Positions 20,089 to 27,973 of a DNA stretch of 64,000 nt are shown here, one piece after another. Origin of the DNA: a virus; the IMG/VR virus record IMGVR_UViG_3300025882_000001. One strand, 5' to 3'. Under the pieces are notes generated by a model. That model made no database searches. It had not been told where the DNA came from and was given only the letters and a program-made list of their open reading frames with translations. The position numbers and the translations under genes are program-made. Position 1 is the stretch's first letter. Every line of letters starts with the position of its first letter.

Positions 20089-21067
20089 GGTGTGTCGTTG
20101 AGTGATAGTGCGGAGATCGTTTCGGTCTCCGCCTTGTTGCTATAACTCCTATCTGAGATGAGGAAGTCCGAGGAGGGGCTTCTTCGTCTCTTTTTTTTAA
20201 TCGCTCCGAAGAAGCAGTGGAATATGCCAAAAAACGAAAAATGAGATAGCTCTCGTGCACAATCGGAGTGGAAGCAGTATGAATACACTATTTCGATTCC
20301 ATTTGCTCCAGAGGGGCTTATTCTTTCGTTTTTGGAAGATTTCTTTTATTGAAGCGAATAAGCCTGTTGCTCTCTCCGGAGAGAAGGATGCTTTTTCGAC
20401 TTCTTCGAAAAGAGATGTCATCCCCTGGAAGAGTATTCCAGCAAAGAAAAGAAAAAAAAAGCATTTGTATTTAAAAAAAAAGAAAAGAAACGCTGGAGTC
20501 GTATGGAAGAGTATTCCAGCGAAGAAGTCTACTCTCTATGCTTTCCGACTGTTCGAAGAGAGTATTCTTCTTTCGGAGTAGAAGACTGGAGAAGTAGTCT
20601 TCTCTCCATCTAGAGAAGTAGTCTATTCTCTGAGAGAAGTAGAGAGAGAGAAGGCTTATTCGTATTCTTCTCAAATAGAGAAGACTGTTTCTTAGAGAAA
20701 GCGAATAAGTCTCTTCTTCTCCACTGGAATAGTAGTCTTCTCTCTGTTTCTAACTAGAGAGACTCTTCTTCTCTCTTTCTCTTTCTTTGGAGTATATACG
20801 TAGTATATACTCTTTCTTTCTCTGTTCTCTCTACTTCTTCTCGCGGTAGACTAGATAGAGTATACTACTACGCTATAGAAGTAGTAACGAATAAGTCTCT
20901 GTTATAGATATAGAGCTATAGAGAAGAAGAAGTAGCTTGAGCATCGCTTCCCAATAGGCTTCCTCGTCTTTTCCTTCGCTTTGAAGTAAAATAGTCTACC
21001 GAAGCAGTAAATGCTCAGTCAATTTCTCCCCGAATTCTTAATATTGAATTGCTGGAGGTAAGCAAAA
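20089..21067. other. ~1 kb non-coding control region with hairpins, GA/TC tracts and mirror repeats; candidate origin or genome end
   Basis: No credible ORF; repeated TGGAAGAGTATTCCAGC; palindrome 20790..20812; four CGAATAAG copies. Confidence 0.55.
21020..21036 (+). promoter_or_regulatory. Conserved early promoter-like motif, copy 1 (CAATTTCTCCCCGAATT)
   Basis: Same motif precedes the ORFs at 21068, 21743 and 22346. Confidence 0.6.
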
Positions 21068-21526
21068 ATGTTATGTTTTCATAAGATTAGAAATTCGGAT
21101 AATATGTCCGGATTCCGCCTTGGAGAAGTTCTAGGTGGAACTTCAGAATTCGATCCGATTCGGATCGAAGATTTTACCGGATTGACACAGAGACTTCCAG
21201 ACTTTGGAGAAGCTCTGTTAGAAAATTTTGCAGTTATTGCTTACGATAACTGCATTGGTATCAATACGAATATAGTGAATTATGAATGTCCAATACTGTT
21301 TAAGTCCAGATGTGCAGTTACGGTTTTGAAAATGGACTTAGCAGATGTAGAGAATCTGATTCAGATTCTGTCTGCTACTGGACTTAGATATTTCGTGTTT
21401 CCAGCAGAGTTCGGAACATTATTAGTGTATTGCTCTTTAGAATTGGAGCCAGAAATCGTATATTCTAGAGTAATGTACACAGAAAAACCAGGTGTTTATA
21501 CTGCCTGGTTTGATACAAACGCTTAA
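21068..21526 (+). CDS. Hypothetical early protein (152 aa)
   Basis: RBS GGAGG; preceded by the conserved motif. Confidence 0.7.
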   Translation: MLCFHKIRNSDNMSGFRLGEVLGGTSEFDPIRIEDFTGLTQRLPDFGEALLENFAVIAYDNCIGINTNIVNYECPILFKSRCAVTVLKMDLADVENLIQILSATGLRYFVFPAEFGTLLVYCSLELEPEIVYSRVMYTEKPGVYTAWFDTNA

Positions 21527-21533
21527 TTTGGAG

Positions 21534-21629
21534 CCGCTCCCGGGGCGCCGTCGCATATTAGAAAGCCGGGAGACCTGGACAGTGCTACGCTGCAAGCCTG
21601 TCCTTGTATATTGCAGCGATGCCGAGCGG
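21534..21629 (+). ncRNA. Candidate structured RNA: hairpin plus H-type pseudoknot
   Basis: Perfect stems 21537-43/21566-72, 21577-82/21598-603 and 21588-95/21611-18 in a GC-rich intergenic stretch. Confidence 0.4.
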
Positions 21630-21660
21630 AGCAGGCTTTGCTTGCTTCGCTCCATTTTGT
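21624..21660 (+). terminator. Intrinsic terminator
   Basis: 12-bp stem GAGCGGAGCAGG/CTTGCTTCGCTC (two G-U pairs), then a T-rich tract. Confidence 0.6.
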
Positions 21661-21696
21661 TTTAAATATTGGTAAAGCAAAGCAGTTTTGAAACGC

Positions 21697-21726
21697 TTTG
21701 CCAATTTCTCCCAGTATTTTGAAATA
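21697..21726 (+). promoter_or_regulatory. Conserved early promoter-like motif, copy 2
   Basis: TTTGCCAATTTCTCCCAGTATTTTGAAATA, 28/30 identical to copy 3; AAGCAAAGCAG upstream at 21675. Confidence 0.65.
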
Positions 21727-21742
21727 ATCGTAGGAGGATACG

Positions 21743-22177
21743 ATGAAAGAAGTAGAAAAGAGAGTAATCGACCAGCTGATGAGGCTGGAAGTTTTGTTCG
21801 ATAAAGTAGCGATACTTTGTCGAGCAATCGCAAGATATGGTCTATTTAATGGACAAGTCGATTATGATGGAGAGTTTAAGTTCTTTCCGTTCAGAGAAAA
21901 CGAAAGTTGTATAGACTTCGTTTATGATCCGGAAGCCTATGCACTTGAATTAAGTTGTGCGACTTATCCAGATGGAAATTGGTATTGTCTTTTAGTTTCA
22001 GAAGATGACCAGAATTCAGTAATGCTTGGTTTCAGCACTGAAACTGGTGATCTTATGGAGGTAGACCCAGATGATAATGAACATAGTTACATCTGGAATT
22101 CGAAAGAAAAGAATGAGCGTATTGCTCAGATTCGTAGTCTTGCAAGAGGCTATGATCCGATTGATGTTTATCTTTGA
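21743..22177 (+). CDS. Hypothetical early protein (144 aa), paralog of 22949..23410
   Basis: RBS AGGAGG; shared AI-x-x-(Y/F)GLF and C-terminal motifs. Confidence 0.8.
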   Translation: MKEVEKRVIDQLMRLEVLFDKVAILCRAIARYGLFNGQVDYDGEFKFFPFRENESCIDFVYDPEAYALELSCATYPDGNWYCLLVSEDDQNSVMLGFSTETGDLMEVDPDDNEHSYIWNSKEKNERIAQIRSLARGYDPIDVYL

Positions 22178-22183
22178 TTCGTT

Positions 22184-22224
22184 CGGAATGGAGTGAGACG
22201 TTTTGTTTCGCTCCGTTCCGTTTT
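22184..22224 (+). terminator. Intrinsic terminator
   Basis: 16-bp stem CGGAATGGAGTGAGAC/GTTTCGCTCCGTTCCG (with G-U pairs), then TTTT, directly after a stop codon. Confidence 0.7.
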
Positions 22225-22249
22225 CGAAAAAGACAAGCAAAGCAGCTGT

Positions 22250-22279
22250 TTTGCCAATTTCTCCCCGAATTTTGAAATA
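22250..22279 (+). promoter_or_regulatory. Conserved early promoter-like motif, copy 3
   Basis: TTTGCCAATTTCTCCCCGAATTTTGAAATA; AAGCAAAGCAG upstream at 22235. Confidence 0.65.
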
Positions 22280-22345
22280 TGTATCGTAAACAGTTTTCGA
22301 ATTCGTTTGCGATATAAATAAAGCAAAGTAACGAAGGAGGTTACG

Positions 22346-22663
22346 ATGTGCACGACAATTCACCTGTATCGAACAAATAGCCGGCGTGAAGAGCCAGTAA
22401 TTCGTTCGTTTGATCCGTTGAGCGTTCCAATCAGCGAGGAATTGCTTAACGATCCGCAACTCGGCAAATTCGCAAGAGCCGAGATTTGGATTGCCAAGGA
22501 TATTGACATGACTCCATTTGGTTGGAGTCGTGCCAAGAAAGCTGACGGAAGTTTCGTCAGTGAATCCGTCCTTGGCACAGTGAAATGGGAGTTTCCCGCT
22601 TCACAGCCGTTGGAACCGTTCCCAAGCAAACCGGTTCCAGCTGCAGAAGTTCCGTTTGCTTGA
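22346..22663 (+). CDS. Small protein ending in AEVPFA; paralog of 19777..20088
   Basis: RBS AAGGAGG; shared AE-x-W-x-A-x-D-x-D...GW...W-x-FP...PFP pattern. Confidence 0.8.
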   Translation: MCTTIHLYRTNSRREEPVIRSFDPLSVPISEELLNDPQLGKFARAEIWIAKDIDMTPFGWSRAKKADGSFVSESVLGTVKWEFPASQPLEPFPSKPVPAAEVPFA

Positions 22664-22670
22664 TCGTTTT

Positions 22671-22920
22671 GGAAGCGAAGAAGCCTAATGTCCGGAAAGA
22701 CTAGCGAAGTCACCGGAATATGCTCATTCGCTTCCTTATGTTTATCCTCCGATTGGCGATTTTTTGCGAATACGTGCTGCTTTGTTTCATTGATAGAGCC
22801 GTTTCAAAGCAGAGTATTCGCTTCCTGGGCAGCGTCTCTTCAGCTGTATGCCAGGCTGCTAGATGAGAGCAGTAAAGGCTCATCGAGGGCTTACCAAAGT
22901 GCCCATTTTATTTTTTTTAA
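22671..22920 (+). ncRNA. Candidate multi-hairpin intergenic RNA ending in a terminator-like element
   Basis: Stems 22671-79/22727-35, 22766-73/22814-21, 22777-84/22805-12, 22862-67/22879-84 and 22887-90/22901-04, then a T-run. Confidence 0.35.
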
Positions 22921-22948
22921 TCTGAATTAAAAAAGCAAAGGAGAAACA

Positions 22949-23410
22949 ATGAAAACAACGAAGAAAGAAGCGAAGAAGAAGATTGTTGAAAAACTTCATG
23001 CTTTATCTTCCAAGTTTCCAATTGCAGAAGATTTAATCGAAGCAATTGGAAAGTTCGGCTTGTTCAGCTGCGAGGCGTATAGGGATTGTTATGGAAGGTG
23101 GCATCTTTCTCCATATATCGCCTATATCGAAAACAAAAGGCGCCTATGGGATGAAGCAGAATCTTACTATATCGACGAAGGAAGACTATGTTTTGTATGC
23201 ATTGGGATGTGGAAATGGTGGTATACTCGTCTGAGAAATGGAAGACATTTCGTACTGCTTCAATTCGATATCGAAGACGGAAGCCTGATTAAAATAGTTC
23301 CAGATAAGGAGATCGATAGCTTCTGGAAAGGAAAGACGACAAACGAAAAAAGAAAAGAGATAAGAAATCTTATAAAAGCAAAGGAGAAGAAATGCAAGAC
23401 AAAAGAATAA
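22949..23410 (+). CDS. Hypothetical protein (153 aa), paralog of 21743..22177
   Basis: RBS AAGGAG; by-eye alignment. Confidence 0.8.
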   Translation: MKTTKKEAKKKIVEKLHALSSKFPIAEDLIEAIGKFGLFSCEAYRDCYGRWHLSPYIAYIENKRRLWDEAESYYIDEGRLCFVCIGMWKWWYTRLRNGRHFVLLQFDIEDGSLIKIVPDKEIDSFWKGKTTNEKRKEIRNLIKAKEKKCKTKE

Positions 23411-23850
23411 TACTTAAAGAAAAAGAATCTTATATCACTACAGATGAGAACGGATTGCTTATGATACAAAGAAGTGATGGAATTACACAATATCTTACAA
23501 CGGAGCAAGCACAAATTATCTTAGCTGTTAGTGATATTTGTCCATCAATTATAAAGACGCTAGATATCGATGAAAGAAAGCAGAAGGTATACGACTACAC
23601 CGAGATGGACACAGACTTGCTCGAAGGATATTGTGAAATATGTTATGAGCTTGGCATAAACTATTTCACTGGTCTTGCAACAAGACTAAATGGAAAGCTT
23701 CCCATAAGAGTAGCTTATCATTACAAAGATAAAGAAGAAGGTAATGATATGACAGTTATTGAATTAGAATCCGAGAAAAAGCCCTATCTCTTGATAAACA
23801 GAGATATGGACACAGGAAAAATAACAATTGAAATAAAGGAGAAAGAATGA
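23392..23850 (+). CDS. Hypothetical protein (152 aa), family with 23847 and 31748
   Basis: LTTEQAQIIL...KQKVYD...ELGI motif. Confidence 0.78.
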   Translation: MQDKRIILKEKESYITTDENGLLMIQRSDGITQYLTTEQAQIILAVSDICPSIIKTLDIDERKQKVYDYTEMDTDLLEGYCEICYELGINYFTGLATRLNGKLPIRVAYHYKDKEEGNDMTVIELESEKKPYLLINRDMDTGKITIEIKEKE

Positions 23851-24332
23851 AAAGGTATTCAACAATCTATCTGAAGCCACTTACTTCAGAGCCACAGAAC
23901 GATTCTCAGCCGTTTTTCTATGCAAGTGGAAATGGAACACTTGTCTATAGAGAAAACGAATCCGCTGCTCCCAAGAAAGTAACCACGAAAGAAGCAGAAG
24001 AGATAATAAAAGATTGTGGTTACATTCCGGTAAGCATTGATTGGAGTGTTCTCATTGGATTTGACAAAGAGAAACAAAAAGTTTTCGATCTCACAGGAAG
24101 ATCACCTGAAGAGATTGAAGAAACCGTCGAATTATATGAACGTCTCGGTATTTCCGTAGTACCGTGGATAACTACCGAGTTTCCCAATATAACTAAATGG
24201 TTAGTCGAAGGAAAAGAAGAAGACTTTCGTTCTTTCCAAGGAAGAGATAGGGAAGACGAAGATTGTCTAGTAATTTTTTACAATGTCGAAGAAAAGTATG
24301 CAAAAGTAAAAGTGTTCACGAAGGAGAAATAG
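23847..24332 (+). CDS. Hypothetical protein (161 aa), same family
   Basis: VTTKEAEEII...KQKVFD...RLGI motif. Confidence 0.8.
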   Translation: MKRYSTIYLKPLTSEPQNDSQPFFYASGNGTLVYRENESAAPKKVTTKEAEEIIKDCGYIPVSIDWSVLIGFDKEKQKVFDLTGRSPEEIEETVELYERLGISVVPWITTEFPNITKWLVEGKEEDFRSFQGRDREDEDCLVIFYNVEEKYAKVKVFTKEK

Positions 24333-24781
24333 TGAAGAAGAATTATGTAATTGCCACTATTATTGGCATTACGCTTCTTATTCCGTCAATATATTTCTAT
24401 TTCCGGGAAGATAGGCTTCCAAGTTGCGAGCTTGGAAGCAGTGTCTCCTCGGTGCATAAATATATGAAAGAAAACGGAATGACTCTCGTTGCCAAGAGAA
24501 GAAAGGAAGAAGAAACTTACTCGTCTCCAAAAGAAACCGTGAAAGTATATTACTTTCAAAAGCGAGTAAGTGTTGTAGAGATACTGCCGAAGTATAGAGA
24601 CAATAGAGAGAAGGAAGCGATGTTCCTGAATTCCTACTGGAATCTTATACGAGAATATGGACTTCCCAGTTTCGAATACGAATTCTCATCAATCTGGTTC
24701 GATGAAGAATTAAAAAAGTCAATTGTAATAAGCATAGAGCCAGTATTTTCAATTAAAAAAATAAGCTTACAAAAGCAATGA
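24332..24781 (+). CDS. Membrane-anchored or exported protein (likely GTG start 24332)
   Basis: RBS AAGGAG before the GTG; KKNYVIATIIGITLLIPSIYFYF N-terminal anchor. Confidence 0.65.
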   Translation: MKKNYVIATIIGITLLIPSIYFYFREDRLPSCELGSSVSSVHKYMKENGMTLVAKRRKEEETYSSPKETVKVYYFQKRVSVVEILPKYRDNREKEAMFLNSYWNLIREYGLPSFEYEFSSIWFDEELKKSIVISIEPVFSIKKISLQKQ

Positions 24782-24794
24782 TAAGGAGGAAACA

Positions 24795-25541
24795 ATGTTT
24801 AAGATACCAACAGCGAAAGACGCAGCGAATCAGGATAGGAATCGACAGGTAATATTTGTTCCGAATGTCAGGAAATATGCAAATAAGAATGAATACAAGG
24901 TATTGCTTTATAAGCTAAGCAACAAAGAAAATTTAGTCGATATTATCAACTTCGATAAAAGAACACTTAACTACAATGGTATCAACATAGAATACGGAGA
25001 TATTCATGTGTTTGATACGCTTGTGAATATAAGAAACTTTATAAAGGTATTCATTGCTCTACGACCATTTCTGGAGCACTATAACAAAATAGATCTCTTT
25101 CCATCGGAATATATTTTTCATGTTATCGATGATGAAGGACAATACGATCTGGATGACTTCATAATAAAGGATAAGGAAAATGTTTCTTTCTTTTCCTATA
25201 TCAACTATATCTGGGTTCCTTGCTATAATGAGAGCAGTGAAGATGAAGACAAAAACGATAGCGTGAAGTTAATGGAAAGCGCTTCGCTTATTATAATTCA
25301 CGAAAGACTTATAAGATTTAAGGCTTTATCGTATCGAAAGGATGTACCAGAAGACGATGAAATAGAAGTATTCATCAACAACCTGGGAAGAGAAAGAATG
25401 AGAGAATCGTTATCGGAGTTATTCTATATCATGGAGAAACCAAATTACGTTCACTATGAATTGGCAAGACCGCCAAAAGACCGCTATGAGAGTAGTATGG
25501 AGGTATACAATGAGCTACGAAAGAAGTTTCCAAGCTATTAA
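24795..25541 (+). CDS. Hypothetical protein (248 aa)
   Basis: RBS AAGGAGG; long ORF. Confidence 0.8.
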   Translation: MFKIPTAKDAANQDRNRQVIFVPNVRKYANKNEYKVLLYKLSNKENLVDIINFDKRTLNYNGINIEYGDIHVFDTLVNIRNFIKVFIALRPFLEHYNKIDLFPSEYIFHVIDDEGQYDLDDFIIKDKENVSFFSYINYIWVPCYNESSEDEDKNDSVKLMESASLIIIHERLIRFKALSYRKDVPEDDEIEVFINNLGRERMRESLSELFYIMEKPNYVHYELARPPKDRYESSMEVYNELRKKFPSY

Positions 25542-27006
25542 AGAAGAGAAGATAGCTTACCTGAACAATGTCTTTTCAGAATCGTTATACACAATTGAAA
25601 TAACTGATTATGTAAATCTGAAAGATAAAAACGATGAATTTCTTATGGATGCACTGGGAAGACATATTACAGAACATAATAAAGTCGATAATTCTGATCC
25701 GAATTATTTCGTCTTCAATGATAAGACTCGAGTTAAGAAGAGAGCAATTCTCCAAGAACTAATGATGCCAGATTCTTATAAGAAGTATGTTCAAAGTATT
25801 GGAGATACGTCCGGAAGATTGTTTCTTACTATTGATCCAGAATGGTTCAGACTTTGCTCGGATAAAGACTTTGTAAGCTGGAATTCATGTTTTAGTCCAG
25901 ATGGATGTTACCATTTAGTGCCTTACGAATTCAGTACTAGTATTAGTATAATGATGGCAATGATCACGAACTCTGATATGACAAGAATAATTGGTAGAAA
26001 GTGGGTCGTGATTCCGTATAGAAAAGATAGAAGCGGAGAAAAAGTGAAGATAGTAAAGGTACTTGAGATTCTTTGCCTGAAATCTTATGGAACTTTTCCT
26101 GTAACATATCAACAAGCAGTAAGTCGCTGGATAATCGAAAACATATTCGAAGATGAAAAAGATAATTGGAAGGTTTATAAATATTCCAAAGATGATGATA
26201 CCCTCATGGGATTGGAGATGAAAATTCTCGTAGAGAGTCACGATGGTGGCGGTTATTACAGCTATCTTTCTTCGAAACCGGATCGGCTCAAGGTAAAGAT
26301 ATACATGGACAATTCTTCCTATATACTTATTCCGAAAAGTCTTGCTCCATCGGAAGTCCCAGAAGGAAGAGTAACATTCTATGGACTTGATGAAGACGAA
26401 GAAGTATGTTATCATGAATTGGAAGACAGTAATGAAGATGAAGATTATTATGACGATGAACATTGGGGGTGCGCAAACTGCGGAGTAAGAATCGATCACG
26501 ACACATGCTACGAAATGTTTTTCAATGATAATGATCACGATTATGATACTAATTGCGAAGACTGTATCAATGAGCTTGCAATATTCGATCCTATGCTTGA
26601 TCGTTATTTTGAAAGAGAATGGTTCGAGGAACATAGAGAGCCTTTCTATATGGTCTATTCAACTTACAGAGGTTATCAAGAAATTCGAGATATTGTTAGT
26701 TTGGAATATACTGTTGAAAATACAATTAACTATCCGAATCTCTACTTCGTTGATCCAAACGACGAAAGCAAAGTCATTTACGAGACGAAGCTGTATATAA
26801 GAGACGCACAAATTGAACCATTTCTGAAGAAATTCGAAGGACTGGTAAGAAAAGAAAACGATGATTATATTGTGAAATTTAATGTTCAAGCAGCTATTAA
26901 CTTCGAAGGTCTTTCAAAACTTACCGGAGTTACATTCGAGGAAGAAATGGATGAGATAATTGCCAATGCACCAACACTTGCAGAAAGGAGAAACGAAGAT
27001 GAATAA
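25456..27006 (+). CDS. Hypothetical protein (516 aa) with a W-x-S-C motif and a CxxC...CxxC zinc finger
   Basis: SWNSCF motif; CANC...CEDC; exact start uncertain. Confidence 0.75.
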   Translation: MNWQDRQKTAMRVVWRYTMSYERSFQAIKEEKIAYLNNVFSESLYTIEITDYVNLKDKNDEFLMDALGRHITEHNKVDNSDPNYFVFNDKTRVKKRAILQELMMPDSYKKYVQSIGDTSGRLFLTIDPEWFRLCSDKDFVSWNSCFSPDGCYHLVPYEFSTSISIMMAMITNSDMTRIIGRKWVVIPYRKDRSGEKVKIVKVLEILCLKSYGTFPVTYQQAVSRWIIENIFEDEKDNWKVYKYSKDDDTLMGLEMKILVESHDGGGYYSYLSSKPDRLKVKIYMDNSSYILIPKSLAPSEVPEGRVTFYGLDEDEEVCYHELEDSNEDEDYYDDEHWGCANCGVRIDHDTCYEMFFNDNDHDYDTNCEDCINELAIFDPMLDRYFEREWFEEHREPFYMVYSTYRGYQEIRDIVSLEYTVENTINYPNLYFVDPNDESKVIYETKLYIRDAQIEPFLKKFEGLVRKENDDYIVKFNVQAAINFEGLSKLTGVTFEEEMDEIIANAPTLAERRNEDE

Positions 27007-27931
27007 GAAAGCGTTTCAGAAACTTCTGATTAAATGCTTGCGTGCCTCTACGACTGGCATTCGTTATCTGATTTGTCAATCAGTTAAGAAAACAAGTGTT
27101 CCTTACTTCACTGTGAAGAATTATGAAAATTATATTCTAATCGTTCCAATACGGAGAACAGAAAGCTGTTTCCTTCCGCTAGTCTGTAGTCATTACGATA
27201 CAGTACGACATGTAGAAGAGATTGAAGTCGTGATAGAAGGAGGACTTATTCGCAATAAAAAGAAAGCTGTTCTTGGCGGAGATGATCGGGCTGGAGTAGC
27301 TATTGCTTTGGCTATGATTTACAATAAAGTTCCTGCAATATATCTATTCTGTGACAAAGAAGAGACAGGTGGCTTTGGTTCATCAGAGTTTCTCTTTCAT
27401 GAACAGAATATAATCAAGACAGTAAACTGCTATATTGGACTAGACCGAAGAAATGGAAACGAAATAGCTCTCTATGACTATGCAAGCGAGGAACTAAATA
27501 ATATCTTCATCTCTGAAGGGTACAGAGAAGTCAGTGGGAGCTTCACAGACGTTTCTCACATTGCTGGAGAATATCCAAAGGCAACTGTTAACGTTTCGGT
27601 CGGTTTCCACAATGAACATACTGAGAAAGAATATGTTCAGTTCGAAGAATGTTATCTTTCTTTGGAACGAATAAGTCGTATAATACCGACACTTACCGGG
27701 AGATATTTCAACGATCTTCAGGTCTCATATAGAGACTATGGCTATGGCTTTGCTTATGGTAATAGTTTCAGACTTGATTACGACTATCCTCTTCCGAGAG
27801 TAATTGAAGAAAAGAAAGTAGATCGAGAAATATATGGAGAACTCATTGACCGATTATGCCTGGACTGTGAGTTTTATCATCCTGGAACAGAAAGTTGTGA
27901 TTTTGACTTCGAATGTCTTGACAATTTTTGA
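26960..27931 (+). CDS. M28/M20-like zinc peptidase (likely start ~26999)
   Basis: Metal-ligand set SHYD, GGDDRAG, DKEETG, LDRR, SFTD, GFHNEH in order. Confidence 0.85.
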   Translation: MPMHQHLQKGETKMNKKAFQKLLIKCLRASTTGIRYLICQSVKKTSVPYFTVKNYENYILIVPIRRTESCFLPLVCSHYDTVRHVEEIEVVIEGGLIRNKKKAVLGGDDRAGVAIALAMIYNKVPAIYLFCDKEETGGFGSSEFLFHEQNIIKTVNCYIGLDRRNGNEIALYDYASEELNNIFISEGYREVSGSFTDVSHIAGEYPKATVNVSVGFHNEHTEKEYVQFEECYLSLERISRIIPTLTGRYFNDLQVSYRDYGYGFAYGNSFRLDYDYPLPRVIEEKKVDREIYGELIDRLCLDCEFYHPGTESCDFDFECLDNF

Positions 27932-27973
27932 AGAAAAATAAATATGGTTCTCAAGAAACAATAAGGAGGAACG

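Noticed and set aside
20255-20581. 108-aa ORF in the control region
   Set aside because: No RBS; its poly-Lys and repeated WKSIPAK simply translate the A-tracts and DNA hairpin repeats.
21585-21833. 82-aa minus-strand ORF over the pseudoknot and promoter module
   Set aside because: Antisense to the early block, overlaps a real gene and shows no support; the nucleotide-level structure explains the region better.
22858-22890. Hammerhead ribozyme (CTAGATGAG...)
   Set aside because: Core is not CTGATGA and no GAAA follows stem II.
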